A stretch of 64,000 bases of DNA from Pseudomonadota bacterium (lineage in GTDB: Bacteria > Pseudomonadota > Gammaproteobacteria > Burkholderiales > Rhodocyclaceae): the NCBI GenBank assembly GCA_039797825.1, contig JBDKHF010000031.1, positions 31,814-95,813 on the forward strand, written 5' to 3'. The position numbers and the translations under genes are program-made. The notes beneath the pieces were generated by a model. The model was given only the letters and a program-made list of their open reading frames with translations. It did no database searches and was not told the DNA's origin. How positions within the stretch are numbered: the stretch's first letter is position 1; every line of letters begins with the position of its first letter. Positions 38,401 to 47,431 of this stretch are shown piece after piece.

Positions 38401-38759
38401 TCATGCCCGGCCACGCCCTGTTCGGCTCGCAATTCACCGCCACCTCAATGATCGGCATGATCGCGCTGGCCGGCATCATCGTTCGCAACTCGATTTTGCT
38501 CGTCGATTTCATCAAGCAACAGGTCGCTGCCGGCATGGATTTCCACGACGCGGTGATCCAGTCAGCCGCCGTCCGCGCCAAGCCGATTGCACTGACCGGC
38601 CTGGCCGCCATGCTCGGCGCGATGTTCATTCTCGATGACCCGATCTTCAACGGGCTAGCCCTCAGCCTGATTTTCGGCATTCTGGTTTCCACCCTGCTCA
38701 CCCTCGTGGTGATCCCGGTTCTTTATTTCTCAGCTTTCAAAAAGGAGCATCAATCATGA
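35472..38759 (+). CDS. efflux RND transporter permease subunit (AcrB/AcrD/AcrF superfamily)
   Basis: 1095 aa with 12-TM RND topology and two large periplasmic loops. Contains an extra low-complexity segment between TM6 and TM7 (see repeat feature). Confidence 0.9.
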   Translation: MSNNGQLGISGRIAAAFQASRMTPLLALVALLLGIFATLITPREEEPQIDVTMADVLIAFPGASAKDVENLVARPAEQVLSRMHGVEHVYSMSRPGMAVVTVQFDVGVKYNDAVLRLYDTVHSHRDWLPPNLGVQEPVIKPRGIDDVPIVALTFWTKDPARSAFEMQQVSRAVEIELKRIKGTRDISTIGGPDHVIRVEIDSERMNAFGLTPQDIAGALKVSNAQQSSGSLTAGNREILVQTGTYLESAADVRQLVVAVRGEAGSRKPIFMSDVAKVEDGPDQPKNYVWFGSKEGEFPAVTLQLSKQPGVNAADVANAAVDRINRLKNTVIPDGVEVTVTRNYGATATEKAQKLIGKLVFATAFVVLLVFFALGRREAVIVGVAVTLTLAATLFASWAWGFTLNRVSLFALIFSIGILVDDAIVVVENIHRWQGLHPEKGLLEIIPPAVDEVGGPTILATLTVIAALLPMAFVSGLMGPYMSPIPINSSMGMAISLAVAFIVTPWLALKLMKPHGSPSPRPSPQEGEGEHHSLPSPATGGGAGGEGRSRLDAKLDSTFRKLLTPFLDPLKGGAARIKLAIAIVLLILGSVSLAYFQLVVLKMLPLDNKSEFQVILDMPVGTPVEETARVLHEIGAELAKNEDVTNYQAYAGSASPINFNGLVRQYYLRAAPEKGDVQVNLADKHDRSRSSHEIAGAVRERIEEIGKKNGGNAKVVEVPPGPPVMSPIVAEIYGPDYKGQISVGKQVRGVFEKTKDLVAVDDYIDADSRKTVLHVLQSKAALLGVAQSDIVEVVSMGLAGQDVTPARNADSKFEIPVRITLPAEKQSNLDALLKLRVRSRDGQLVPVSELVEVRDQAREKAIYHKDLLPVVYVVGDMGGKLDSPLYGMFDVRSQINGMALKEGGTLGEWFIHQPNDPYAEYSVKWDGEWKVTYETFRDMGIAYGVGLILIYLLVVAHFGSYLVPLIIMAPIPLTIIGVMPGHALFGSQFTATSMIGMIALAGIIVRNSILLVDFIKQQVAAGMDFHDAVIQSAAVRAKPIALTGLAAMLGAMFILDDPIFNGLALSLIFGILVSTLLTLVVIPVLYFSAFKKEHQS
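37018..37112. repeat. GC-rich nested palindromic (REP/MITE-like) element inserted in-frame in the RND permease gene
   Basis: Perfect inverted repeats GCCCTCTCCCC (37031-37041) / GGGGAGAGGGC (37099-37109) and CCCCTCCCCCG (37070-37080) / CGGGGGAGGGG (37085-37095). Translates as SPSPRPSPQEGEGEHHSLPSPATGGGAGGEG. Confidence 0.6.
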
Positions 38760-38983
38760 CCATCGAACGCATCATCCGCATCATGGCTGGCTTTTTCATC
38801 CTGCTTTCCCTCGCCCTCGGCTTTGACGGCAGCCCGATCTTTGTTTCGAAATGGTTTCTCGCCTTTACCGCCTTTGTTGGTTTCAATTTGCTGCAAAGCG
38901 GCTTTACCGGCTTCTGCCCGCCCGAAAAACTATTGTCCAAGCTCGGCGTCAAACGCAGTAACGGCGGTGGTTGCTGCGGCTAA
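38756..38983 (+). CDS. DUF2892 (YgaP-C-terminal-like) small membrane protein
   Basis: 75 aa, two TM, IRIMAGFFILLSLALG and GFNLLQSGFTGFCP motifs. ATGA overlap with the RND gene. Confidence 0.7.
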   Translation: MTIERIIRIMAGFFILLSLALGFDGSPIFVSKWFLAFTAFVGFNLLQSGFTGFCPPEKLLSKLGVKRSNGGGCCG

Positions 38984-39065
38984 GCAATGGCTTGACCCAG
39001 ATCAAGCCTGATTTGGGTCAATCTCAATACACTCCCTGCCGAGGCAAAACCGGTAATTGTGATCC

Positions 39066-41255
39066 TTGCTTGACAATGTGATCACAAGCGCTAGTCTAGT
39101 TGCACTCGATAGCGTCCGTTCAGAGGCGCACAGTGGAGACCGAGACTTGAATCCCAATGCACCAGACGCAATGGCTCAACCATTGCTGGAAACCGAACAG
39201 GCGCTAGAAAAAGCCCTGCGCGAACTGCACGGCATCCTTAATACCGCCGTCATGGGTATCGCCCTGCTCCGCCATCGCAAGATCGACCGCTGCAATCGGC
39301 GGATGGAAGAGTTGTTTGGCTTTGATGAAGGCCAGATGACCGGCTGTTCGACCCGCGTCTGGTATGGCGATGACGAAACCTGGGAATTTGTTGGGCGAGA
39401 TGTTTACGCCGAACTTTCGGCGGATCGTGAGTCTTACAGCGAACGCATGTTCCAGCGCCGCGACGGCAGCCGTTTCTGGGGCCGCCTCGCTGGTCGCGCA
39501 TTCGATCCCGCCGATGTTTACGCCGGCTCGGTATGGATTATTGAAGACCTGACCATCGAAAAAGCCGAGCGCGAAGAGCTGCTGTTGGCGCGCAAGGTGT
39601 TTGAAGTTAATTCCGAAGCGATCATGGTGAGTGACGCGAATAATCGGATTGTCAGGGTCAACGCCGCTTTTGAGGCAATTACCGGCTACCGCGAAGACGA
39701 AGTCCTCGGGCGTGACCCGAAAATACTTGGTTCCGGCCATCACGACACCGCCTTTTTCCAGGCAATGTGGCAAACCCTGCGCCAGGATGGCTACTGGGAA
39801 GGCGAAATATGGGACAGGCGCAAGGATGGTAGTGAATACCCGAAGTGGGTGCACATCAACACCATACGCGACAGCAATGCGCAAATTTCTCACTTTGTCG
39901 CGGTTTTTTCCGACATTTCCGAGCGCAAGGCGAGCGAAGAGCGCATCCGTTACCTTGCCCAACACGATGCGCTAACCGGCCTGCCCAACCGCTTCACCCT
40001 CGCCGTTCATCTTGAACATGCGCTGGCCCGTGCCGAGCGGGCAGGTGAAAAAATCGGTTTGATGTTCATCGACCTCGATAATTTCAAAACAGTTAATGAC
40101 ACCCTGGGCCACCCGATTGGCGACTTGCTGTTGTGTGAAGTGGCGCGGCGCATCACCAGCGCCGTCAGAAAGTCTGACATCGTGGCGCGGATTGGCGGCG
40201 ACGAATTCGTTGTGGTCCTCGAATCGACCAATTTACCGGGCGACGCCGGGACGGTGGCGCAGAAGATTCTCGAACGGATGAGCGAAGCAGTGCCGGTCGA
40301 TGGCAATGAATTGCACACAACGCCTTCGATCGGCATCGCCATTTATCCCGATGATTGTTCGACCAGTGAAGACCTGATGAAAAACGCCGACGTCGCCATG
40401 TACCACGCCAAGAGCGCCGGACGGAACAACTACCAGTTTTACGCCGAACACATGAATCAGGCGGCGGCGGTGCGCATCCAGATGGAAGCACGTCTGCGCG
40501 CGGCGATGGCATCCGATGAATTTTCACTGCATTTTCAGCCACAAATCGACCTGAATACGGGCTTGGTAAGCGGCTGCGAAGCGCTGATTCGCTGGCACAA
40601 CGCCGAACTGGGCTGGGTCTCGCCGGCCAGTTTTATCCCGCTGACCGAAGAAATCGGCCTGATCGTGCCGATTGGCGAATGGGTATTGCGCCAAGCTTGC
40701 GCCACGGCCAAAAGCTGGCTGGATGCGGGCATTCAATTCGGCTGCGTGGCCGTCAATATTTCGCCGCAGCAATTCCGCCAGCGTAATTTCCCGCAGAGCG
40801 TTGAAAATATCCTGCGCGAAACCGGCCTGCCAGCAGCTTGCCTCGAACTCGAAATTACCGAAAGCACGATCATGGAAACCGCTGAAGCGGCGATTGCGAT
40901 GCTAGTGCGGCTCAAGGATTTGGGCATTACGCTCTCGGTTGATGACTTTGGCACCGGCTATTCCTCGCTCGCCTATCTCAAGCGCTTCCCGATTGACCGC
41001 CTGAAAATCGACCGTTCCTTCGTCACCGATCTCGAAACCGATCCGTCGGATGCAGCGATTGCCTCGGCGGTGATCGCCCTCGCCCACTCGCTGGGTTTGT
41101 CGGTAGTCGCCGAAGGCGTTGAAACGCAGGGGCAATCCGACTTCCTGCGCGGGCATGGCTGTGATAGCGTTCAGGGTTACTTTTACTGCCGCCCAGGCCC
41201 CGCCGAGATTGCCGCTGAATATTGCCGGCAACGGAGCGCAGCCAAAGACCATTAA
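39066..41255 (+). CDS. PAS-PAS-GGDEF-EAL cyclic-di-GMP signalling protein
   Basis: RIGGDEF with the RKSD I-site 5 residues upstream, and EALIRW in the EAL domain. Start uncertain: TTG 39066, TTG 39147 preceded by GGAGA, or ATG 39171. Confidence 0.88.
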   Translation: MLDNVITSASLVALDSVRSEAHSGDRDLNPNAPDAMAQPLLETEQALEKALRELHGILNTAVMGIALLRHRKIDRCNRRMEELFGFDEGQMTGCSTRVWYGDDETWEFVGRDVYAELSADRESYSERMFQRRDGSRFWGRLAGRAFDPADVYAGSVWIIEDLTIEKAEREELLLARKVFEVNSEAIMVSDANNRIVRVNAAFEAITGYREDEVLGRDPKILGSGHHDTAFFQAMWQTLRQDGYWEGEIWDRRKDGSEYPKWVHINTIRDSNAQISHFVAVFSDISERKASEERIRYLAQHDALTGLPNRFTLAVHLEHALARAERAGEKIGLMFIDLDNFKTVNDTLGHPIGDLLLCEVARRITSAVRKSDIVARIGGDEFVVVLESTNLPGDAGTVAQKILERMSEAVPVDGNELHTTPSIGIAIYPDDCSTSEDLMKNADVAMYHAKSAGRNNYQFYAEHMNQAAAVRIQMEARLRAAMASDEFSLHFQPQIDLNTGLVSGCEALIRWHNAELGWVSPASFIPLTEEIGLIVPIGEWVLRQACATAKSWLDAGIQFGCVAVNISPQQFRQRNFPQSVENILRETGLPAACLELEITESTIMETAEAAIAMLVRLKDLGITLSVDDFGTGYSSLAYLKRFPIDRLKIDRSFVTDLETDPSDAAIASAVIALAHSLGLSVVAEGVETQGQSDFLRGHGCDSVQGYFYCRPGPAEIAAEYCRQRSAAKDH

Positions 41256-41280
41256 GCGGCGGCCTGCTTCGGAGTTTGCA

Positions 41281-42147
41281 ATGAAAATTGGTTTTATCGG
41301 CCTTGGCATCATGGGGCGCCCGATGGCGCTCAACCTGCTGAAAGGTGGCCACACGGTCAGCGTTTGGGCGCGCCGCGCCGAATCGATGCAGCCTTTGCTG
41401 GCGGCTGGCGCCAGCGCGGCGGCCAATCCCACGCAAGCTGCCCAAGGTAACGAATTGGTCATTTCGATGGTTGCCGATTCACCGGATGTCGCTGAAGTCA
41501 TGCGCGGGGTAGCCGCAGCAGGCCAGCCCGGACTGGTTGCGGTCGACATGAGCACCATCGCCCCTGCTGCTGCGCGCCAAATCGGCGTCGATCTGGCGGC
41601 TGCCGGGGTCGACTTCATGGATGCGCCGGTTTCCGGTGGCGAAGTGGGTGCCATTGCCGGCACGCTGGCTATCATGGCTGGCGGCTCGGATGCCGCCTTC
41701 GCCCGCGCCCTGCCGGCGTTTGAATGCATGGGCAAAAACATTGTGCACGTCGGTGCCAGCGGCGCCGGCCAGGTCACCAAGGCGGCCAATCAGATTGTCA
41801 CCGGCATGGGCGTCCTCGCGGTCGCCGAAGCCTTCGCTTTTGCGGCCAAAAACGGCGTTGACCGCAGCAAGGTGCGCGAAGCCCTGCTTGGCGGCTTTGC
41901 TTACTCGAAAATCCTTGAAAACCACGGCCAGCGCATGCTCGACCGCAATTTCAAACCCGGTTTCAAGAGCTGGATGCACGAAAAAGACCTCAATATCGTC
42001 ATGCAAACCGCGCACGAACTCGGCCTCTGCCTGCCCGGTTCGGCAGCCACGGCACAAATATTCAACGCCATGGTCGGTTCCGGCATGGGCGAGGAAGACT
42101 CGATTGCCGTCTTGAAACTGCTGGAGCGCCTCTCGGGCCAGGCATGA
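41281..42147 (+). CDS. NAD(P)-dependent beta-hydroxyacid dehydrogenase (3-hydroxyisobutyrate/2-hydroxy-3-oxopropionate reductase family)
   Basis: 288 aa from ATG 41281. Rossmann motif IGFIGLGIMGRPMA, and DAPVSGG. Confidence 0.85.
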   Translation: MKIGFIGLGIMGRPMALNLLKGGHTVSVWARRAESMQPLLAAGASAAANPTQAAQGNELVISMVADSPDVAEVMRGVAAAGQPGLVAVDMSTIAPAAARQIGVDLAAAGVDFMDAPVSGGEVGAIAGTLAIMAGGSDAAFARALPAFECMGKNIVHVGASGAGQVTKAANQIVTGMGVLAVAEAFAFAAKNGVDRSKVREALLGGFAYSKILENHGQRMLDRNFKPGFKSWMHEKDLNIVMQTAHELGLCLPGSAATAQIFNAMVGSGMGEEDSIAVLKLLERLSGQA

Positions 42148-42998
42148 AAGTCGGATTTATCGGACTGGGCGCGATGGGCCGCCCAATGGCTTTGCACCTG
42201 CACCAGGCCGGGCACGAATTGTTTATCTGGGCGCGCCGCCCACACGCAGTTAGCGATCTGCCTGCCAGCATTTGTGCAACCCCCGCCGAACTCGGGCAGT
42301 GCTGCGAAGTGGTGTTTACCGTGGTCACCTCCAGCACCGATGTTGAAAATATCGCTCTCGGCACCGCGGGTTTGATCGAAGGCATGGCGCCCGATTCGGT
42401 GCTGGTTGATTGCTCGACCATCGCCCCCGACAGCGCACGCCGGATCGCCGCCAAGCTCGCCGAAAAAGGGATCGCAATGCTCGACGCCCCGGTTTCCGGC
42501 GGGGTTCAGGGTGCGATTGACGGCACGCTGGCGATCATGGCGGGTGGTTCGTCTGAGGTTCTCGACCGAGTCAGACCGCTGCTTGAATGCCTCGGCCAGC
42601 GCATTGTGCACGTCGGCCCGAACGGTGCCGGTCAGGTGGCCAAGGCCTGCAACCAGATGATCATGGTCGCTGCCATCGAAGCCTGCGCCGAGGCGATGCG
42701 CCTGGCAGCGGCATCGGGCGTCGATTGTGCCAAAGTCAAACAGGCCTTATCCGGTGGCTCAGCCGCCTCGCGCGTTCTCGACGTGATGGGCGAGCGCATG
42801 GTTAAGCGCAATTTTTCCGCCGGCATCGAAGCCCGGCTCCATCACAAGGATTACGGACTGGTGCTTGCTGCCGCAAGAAAATCTGGCGCATTTATGCCGT
42901 TGACCGCAAGCATTGCCCAGCAACTCAATGCGCTGATCGCACAAGGCATGGGCCGTGACGACACCGCCTCGCTACTGCGCGTTCTGGAGGGGCAATGA
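42144..42998 (+). CDS. second NAD(P)-dependent beta-hydroxyacid dehydrogenase paralog
   Basis: 284 aa, VGFIGLGAMGRPMA and DAPVSGG. ATGA overlap with the previous gene. Confidence 0.85.
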   Translation: MKVGFIGLGAMGRPMALHLHQAGHELFIWARRPHAVSDLPASICATPAELGQCCEVVFTVVTSSTDVENIALGTAGLIEGMAPDSVLVDCSTIAPDSARRIAAKLAEKGIAMLDAPVSGGVQGAIDGTLAIMAGGSSEVLDRVRPLLECLGQRIVHVGPNGAGQVAKACNQMIMVAAIEACAEAMRLAAASGVDCAKVKQALSGGSAASRVLDVMGERMVKRNFSAGIEARLHHKDYGLVLAAARKSGAFMPLTASIAQQLNALIAQGMGRDDTASLLRVLEGQ

Positions 42999-43735
42999 GC
43001 CAGATCGCCCAACTTTCGGAAGCAGAAATTGAAGAGCGCTTCCACATCACCGGGCCAACTTCCATCCAGTTCACCCTGGCTGGCTACGCGAGCCACAAGG
43101 AAACCTTCACCGTTCAGTTTGCCGAGGGCAAAGAACATTTCTTGACCACCCTGCTCGCGGTCGATGAAGCGGCGCATCGGGTCATCATCGACTGCAGCGG
43201 CAGCAGCGATCTCAATCGCCAGTTCTCCGAGAGCCAGCGCAGTGTCTTTATGGCACGCCCGGGCGGCATTCACGTTCAATTCACCTGCGGCCCGGCCAAA
43301 GCGATTACTTTTGAGGGCGGCCCGGCCTTTTCGTTGGCTTTGCCGAAATTCATCATGCGCCTGCAACGGCGTGAGTTTTTCCGCATCGAAACGCCGCGCT
43401 CCAACCCGCTGCAGTTTCACGCCCGCCTGCCCAGTGACGCCTTGCTGACGCTGCCAGCGCACGACATTTCGGTGGCTGGCATTGGTCTTACCGCGACTAG
43501 CGATTATGGCCTCAGTGCCGGCGTCACTCTCGGCAATTGCCGTTTTGCGGTACCGGAAGAGGATCACGATGTTTTTCTCAAAGCCGTCGTTCGCCACGTC
43601 ACCGCGCAGGAATTACGTGCGGGCGTCACGCAATGGCGAATCGGCCTGCACTTTGAAAAACTGCCGCTGACCGAGGAAAACCGTCTGCAACGTTATATCG
43701 CGCATGTTGAACATGAACGGCACGAATTGAGCTGA
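42995..43735 (+). CDS. PilZ-domain protein (YcgR-like flagellar-brake architecture)
   Basis: 246 aa. PilZ c-di-GMP motifs RREFFR and DISVAGIG in the C-terminal half, and a YcgR-N-like N-terminal half. ATGA overlap with the previous gene. Confidence 0.8.
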   Translation: MSQIAQLSEAEIEERFHITGPTSIQFTLAGYASHKETFTVQFAEGKEHFLTTLLAVDEAAHRVIIDCSGSSDLNRQFSESQRSVFMARPGGIHVQFTCGPAKAITFEGGPAFSLALPKFIMRLQRREFFRIETPRSNPLQFHARLPSDALLTLPAHDISVAGIGLTATSDYGLSAGVTLGNCRFAVPEEDHDVFLKAVVRHVTAQELRAGVTQWRIGLHFEKLPLTEENRLQRYIAHVEHERHELS

Positions 43736-43872
43736 TCGAGCTTGGCGACTAGCAGTAACACCAGCAAAAACGCCCGTTCTTGCCAATTTATTTGGATATA
43801 CAAGCCCAGCATCGCCCCGTGCCAACGAACTAATCAATTAGTATCGTGTCACTCCTTTTTTACGCAGCGTAA

Positions 43873-46350
43873 ATGCCGAACAACAACATCACCGCATTGC
43901 CTGCTGATCGCCAGATTTGGCTGCGCTACTCCGCTGCTCTCGCTCTCGTCGCGCTGGCCGCCGCACTAAGGATTTGGCCACTGCAAGCACTGGGTTCGAC
44001 GCTTGCCTGGCTGACTTTCTACCCAGCCGTGATGATTGCTGCTGTTTATGGTGGGCTTTTTGCGGGATTACTGGCCACGCTGCTGGCCTGTACAACAGTC
44101 ACCTTTCTCTGGCCCCTGCTCGTATCTCAGGCGTTCATCAACAACCCGGCAGACTGGCTTGGCATGTCAGTTTTTGTCCTGACAGGCGCGATGATTTCGG
44201 CTATCGCCGAAGGCATGCACAGGACCAAGCTGCGCGCCAAAGAATCACAGAAACAGTCTGAAATCGCCAACCAACGCATGAGCCGCTCGGTTGAAAAGAT
44301 TGCCGAAAGCGAACGCTTCATCAAATCGATCACCGATGCCATGCCCGGCCTGGTTGCTTACTGGGACAAGGATTTGCGTTGCCGTTTTGCGAACAAAGCT
44401 TATCTCGAATGGTTCGGCAAAACACCCGAGGCGATGCTTGGCATAACGATACAAGAACTGCTCGGTGAGAAACTGTTCGCATTGAATCAACCCTACATCA
44501 ACGGCGCATTAGCCGGAAAGCTACAACAATTCGAGCGCAGCTTGAGCAAGGCAGATGGCCGCATTGGCTTCACTTGGGCCAATTACATTCCGGACATCGA
44601 TGCACAGGGCACCGTGATCGGTTTCTTCGTTCTGATTAGCGACATAACCTCGCTCAAGGAAGCCAAAGCCGAACTCGAACTGACTGACACTGCGTATAAA
44701 AACTCGCTCGAAGGAATCATGATTACCGATGCCAAAGGCATCATCCTCTCGGTCAACCCGGCTTTTACCGGAATTACTGGCTATACGGCAGAGGAAGCGA
44801 TTCGCCAAACACCGCGCTTGCTCAAGTCAGATCGGCACGATGAAGCTTTTTATGCGGCGATGTGGGAGCAACTGCGACTGTTTGGCACCTGGCAGGGTGA
44901 AATTTTTGATCGCCGCAAAAATGGGGAGATTTACCCCAAGTGGCTGACCATCACCTGCGTCAAAGGAAGCAATGGCGAAATCAGCCACTACATCGGCAGT
45001 CAAATCGACATTTCTGAACGCAAGGAGGCCGAGAGCCGCATCATCAACCTCGCCTTCTACGACCCGTTGACCAATCTGCCCAATCGCCGGCTCCTGCTCG
45101 ACCGGCTTGATCAGGCCTTGGTCAGCAACAGACGCAGCCAGAATAATGGCGCGCTGTTTTTCATCGATCTGGATAACTTCAAGAAACTGAATGACAGCCT
45201 CGGTCACGATCACGGTGACCAACTCTTGCAACAGGTCGCGCAACGACTTGAGACAGCGGTTCGTCAAGGCGATACCGTGGCTCGCCTCGGCGGCGATGAA
45301 TTTGTCGTCATGCTCGAAGGTTTAAGCGATCAAGTGGTCGATGCCGCCAGTCAGGCCAAGGTGGTTGGCGAGAAGATTCTTGCGCTGCTGAATCAACCCT
45401 ACTTGCTGAATCGGCACGAATACTTCGGCACGCCCAGTATTGGAGTCGTCCTTTTCGGCAATCATCATGAAACCAAAGAGGAAGTTTTGAAGCAAGCCGA
45501 CCTGGCCATGTATCAGGCCAAGTCGGCCGGGCGCAACACCCTCCTCTTTTTCGACCCCGAGATGCAGGCCGCGGTAACGGCTCGCGTTGCGATGGAAAAT
45601 GATCTGCGCAATGCCCTGCGCGAAGGGCAGCTGATTTTGCACTACCAGGCGCAGGTTGATGCCCGCCAGCGCTGTACCGGTGCCGAAGCCCTGGTCCGCT
45701 GGCAACATCCACAACGGGGCATGGTGTTCCCGGACGACTTCATTCCATTAGCCGAAGAGTCGGGCCTGATCCTGCCCCTGGGCCAACAGGTTCTGGAAAT
45801 TGCCTGTAGTCAATTAGCGACCTGGGCCACTCGGCCTGAAACCAGGCATCTCTCTCTGGCGGTGAATGTCAGCGGCCAGCAACTGCGTCAATCCAACTTT
45901 GTCGAACAGGTATTGGAAGTCCTTGAACGCACAGGCGCCGATCCCAAAAAGCTTCAACTTGAACTAACCGAGAGCGAGTTGCTGAGCGAAGTTGAAGACA
46001 GCATTGCCAAAATGACCGCGCTCAGTTCCCAAGGTGTTGGTTTTGCTTTGGACGACTTTGGCACAGGCTATTCATCGCTTTCTTATCTCAAGCGCCTGCC
46101 CATTGAAAAACTGAAAATTGATCGCTCCTTCGTCATGGATGTGCTGACCGACCCCAACGATGCGGCGATTGCCAAGACGATTGTCGCCCTTGCCGCTACG
46201 CTGGGCTTATCGGTCATTGCCGAGGGCGTCGAAACCGAAGGTCAGCAAAAATTTCTCGCCGACAACGGTTGTTTCAAGTATCAGGGTTATCTATACAGCC
46301 GCCCGTTGGCGCTGGAAGCCTTTGAGCACTATCTGGCAACCAAGCATTGA
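43873..46350 (+). CDS. membrane-anchored PAS-PAS-GGDEF-EAL protein
   Basis: N-terminal module of about 4 TM, two PAS domains, RLGGDEF with RQGD I-site, EALVRW. Confidence 0.88.
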   Translation: MPNNNITALPADRQIWLRYSAALALVALAAALRIWPLQALGSTLAWLTFYPAVMIAAVYGGLFAGLLATLLACTTVTFLWPLLVSQAFINNPADWLGMSVFVLTGAMISAIAEGMHRTKLRAKESQKQSEIANQRMSRSVEKIAESERFIKSITDAMPGLVAYWDKDLRCRFANKAYLEWFGKTPEAMLGITIQELLGEKLFALNQPYINGALAGKLQQFERSLSKADGRIGFTWANYIPDIDAQGTVIGFFVLISDITSLKEAKAELELTDTAYKNSLEGIMITDAKGIILSVNPAFTGITGYTAEEAIRQTPRLLKSDRHDEAFYAAMWEQLRLFGTWQGEIFDRRKNGEIYPKWLTITCVKGSNGEISHYIGSQIDISERKEAESRIINLAFYDPLTNLPNRRLLLDRLDQALVSNRRSQNNGALFFIDLDNFKKLNDSLGHDHGDQLLQQVAQRLETAVRQGDTVARLGGDEFVVMLEGLSDQVVDAASQAKVVGEKILALLNQPYLLNRHEYFGTPSIGVVLFGNHHETKEEVLKQADLAMYQAKSAGRNTLLFFDPEMQAAVTARVAMENDLRNALREGQLILHYQAQVDARQRCTGAEALVRWQHPQRGMVFPDDFIPLAEESGLILPLGQQVLEIACSQLATWATRPETRHLSLAVNVSGQQLRQSNFVEQVLEVLERTGADPKKLQLELTESELLSEVEDSIAKMTALSSQGVGFALDDFGTGYSSLSYLKRLPIEKLKIDRSFVMDVLTDPNDAAIAKTIVALAATLGLSVIAEGVETEGQQKFLADNGCFKYQGYLYSRPLALEAFEHYLATKH

Positions 46351-47428
46351 CCGGCATTTCCAGCACAACTCGCAAGCCGCCCTCTGGACGATTTTCGGCA
46401 TAAATTTTGCCGTTGACCGCAAGCAGTACGCGGCGCGCAATGGCCAAGCCGAGTCCGTAACCTGCGCCTGAACCTTCCCCGCGAAAGAATGGGGTGAAGA
46501 TTTTTTCAAGCTCCTCAGGCGAGACGCCCGGCCCCTGATCTTCAATCACGATTTGGCAGCCAGTGCCGGCGCTAGCCGAAACCACTAGCGTCACCAAACC
46601 GCCAAGCGGAGAAAACCGTAGCGCGTTGCGCAAGACGTTTTCAATTGCCCGGTGCAACAATTCGCCATTGGCGCGCACCTGCAAATTTAAGCCGTTTTGG
46701 CAGTTGACCGTAATACCTCGGCTAGCAGCTTCAAAACGGGCATCTTCGAGCAGATCGCCGATCAATTCATCGAGATCTAACAACTCAAGCGGCGCGCTGA
46801 CCCCGGCCTCAAGGCGCGAAAGCGTGAGCAGTTCGCCAACCAGCCGGTTCATCCGCTCGCCTTCGCGCTCGATGCGTTGCAAGCTGTCTTCCAGCCGTGC
46901 CGGTTGCTGGCGAGCCAGGCCGATGGCAGCATGCAAGCGCGCCAGCGGTGAGCGCAGCTCATGCGAAACGTCATGCAGCAGGCGGCGCTGGCCATCCATC
47001 AGGGCGCGCAGGTGACCGCTCATCCGGTCGAAATCGTGGCCAAGATCAGCCAGTTCATCACGCCGCTTGCCCATACTTTCGCCAATCCGTACATCGAGAT
47101 TACCGGCGGCAGCGGCATCGAATGCCCCGCGCAATTGGCGGATCGGCTTGGCGATATACCAGGCCAGGCCGGCAGCACAAAACAAACTAGCGAGCAGTCC
47201 ACAAAAAAGTACCGGGAGGGGCGGCAAACGCAAGCCATGCGGTGGCGGGTGCGGTGGTCGATGGCCGTCACCGGGGAGTGGCGGAGGACGAAACTCAGGC
47301 GGCGGGCCAGCAGCAATATGCGTCTCAAAGCGATCACGATCGAACCAGAAAAACAGGCCCGTCCCCAGTGCCCCGGCTAACTGAGCGAGCCAGACAAAGA
47401 GAAAAAACTTCCAGAACAAACGCCCCAT
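46274..47428 (-). CDS. sensor histidine kinase (CpxA-like position)
   Basis: HAMP-HisKA-HATPase (SHELRSPL H-box, GYGLGLAIARR G2 box). Two TM flank a short Pro/His-rich loop. The 3' end overlaps the convergent GGDEF-EAL gene by 77 nt. Confidence 0.85.
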   Translation of the reverse strand: MGRLFWKFFLFVWLAQLAGALGTGLFFWFDRDRFETHIAAGPPPEFRPPPLPGDGHRPPHPPPHGLRLPPLPVLFCGLLASLFCAAGLAWYIAKPIRQLRGAFDAAAAGNLDVRIGESMGKRRDELADLGHDFDRMSGHLRALMDGQRRLLHDVSHELRSPLARLHAAIGLARQQPARLEDSLQRIEREGERMNRLVGELLTLSRLEAGVSAPLELLDLDELIGDLLEDARFEAASRGITVNCQNGLNLQVRANGELLHRAIENVLRNALRFSPLGGLVTLVVSASAGTGCQIVIEDQGPGVSPEELEKIFTPFFRGEGSGAGYGLGLAIARRVLLAVNGKIYAENRPEGGLRVVLEMPVNAWLPDSAQRLPAPTGGCIDNPDT

Positions 47429-47431
47429 CGC

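Noticed and set aside
43829-43842. Palindrome ACTAAT-CA-ATTAGT upstream of the membrane PAS-GGDEF-EAL gene as an operator
   Set aside because: It is only a 6-bp arm in an AT-rich promoter region. Such palindromes arise by chance and no cognate regulator is evident.
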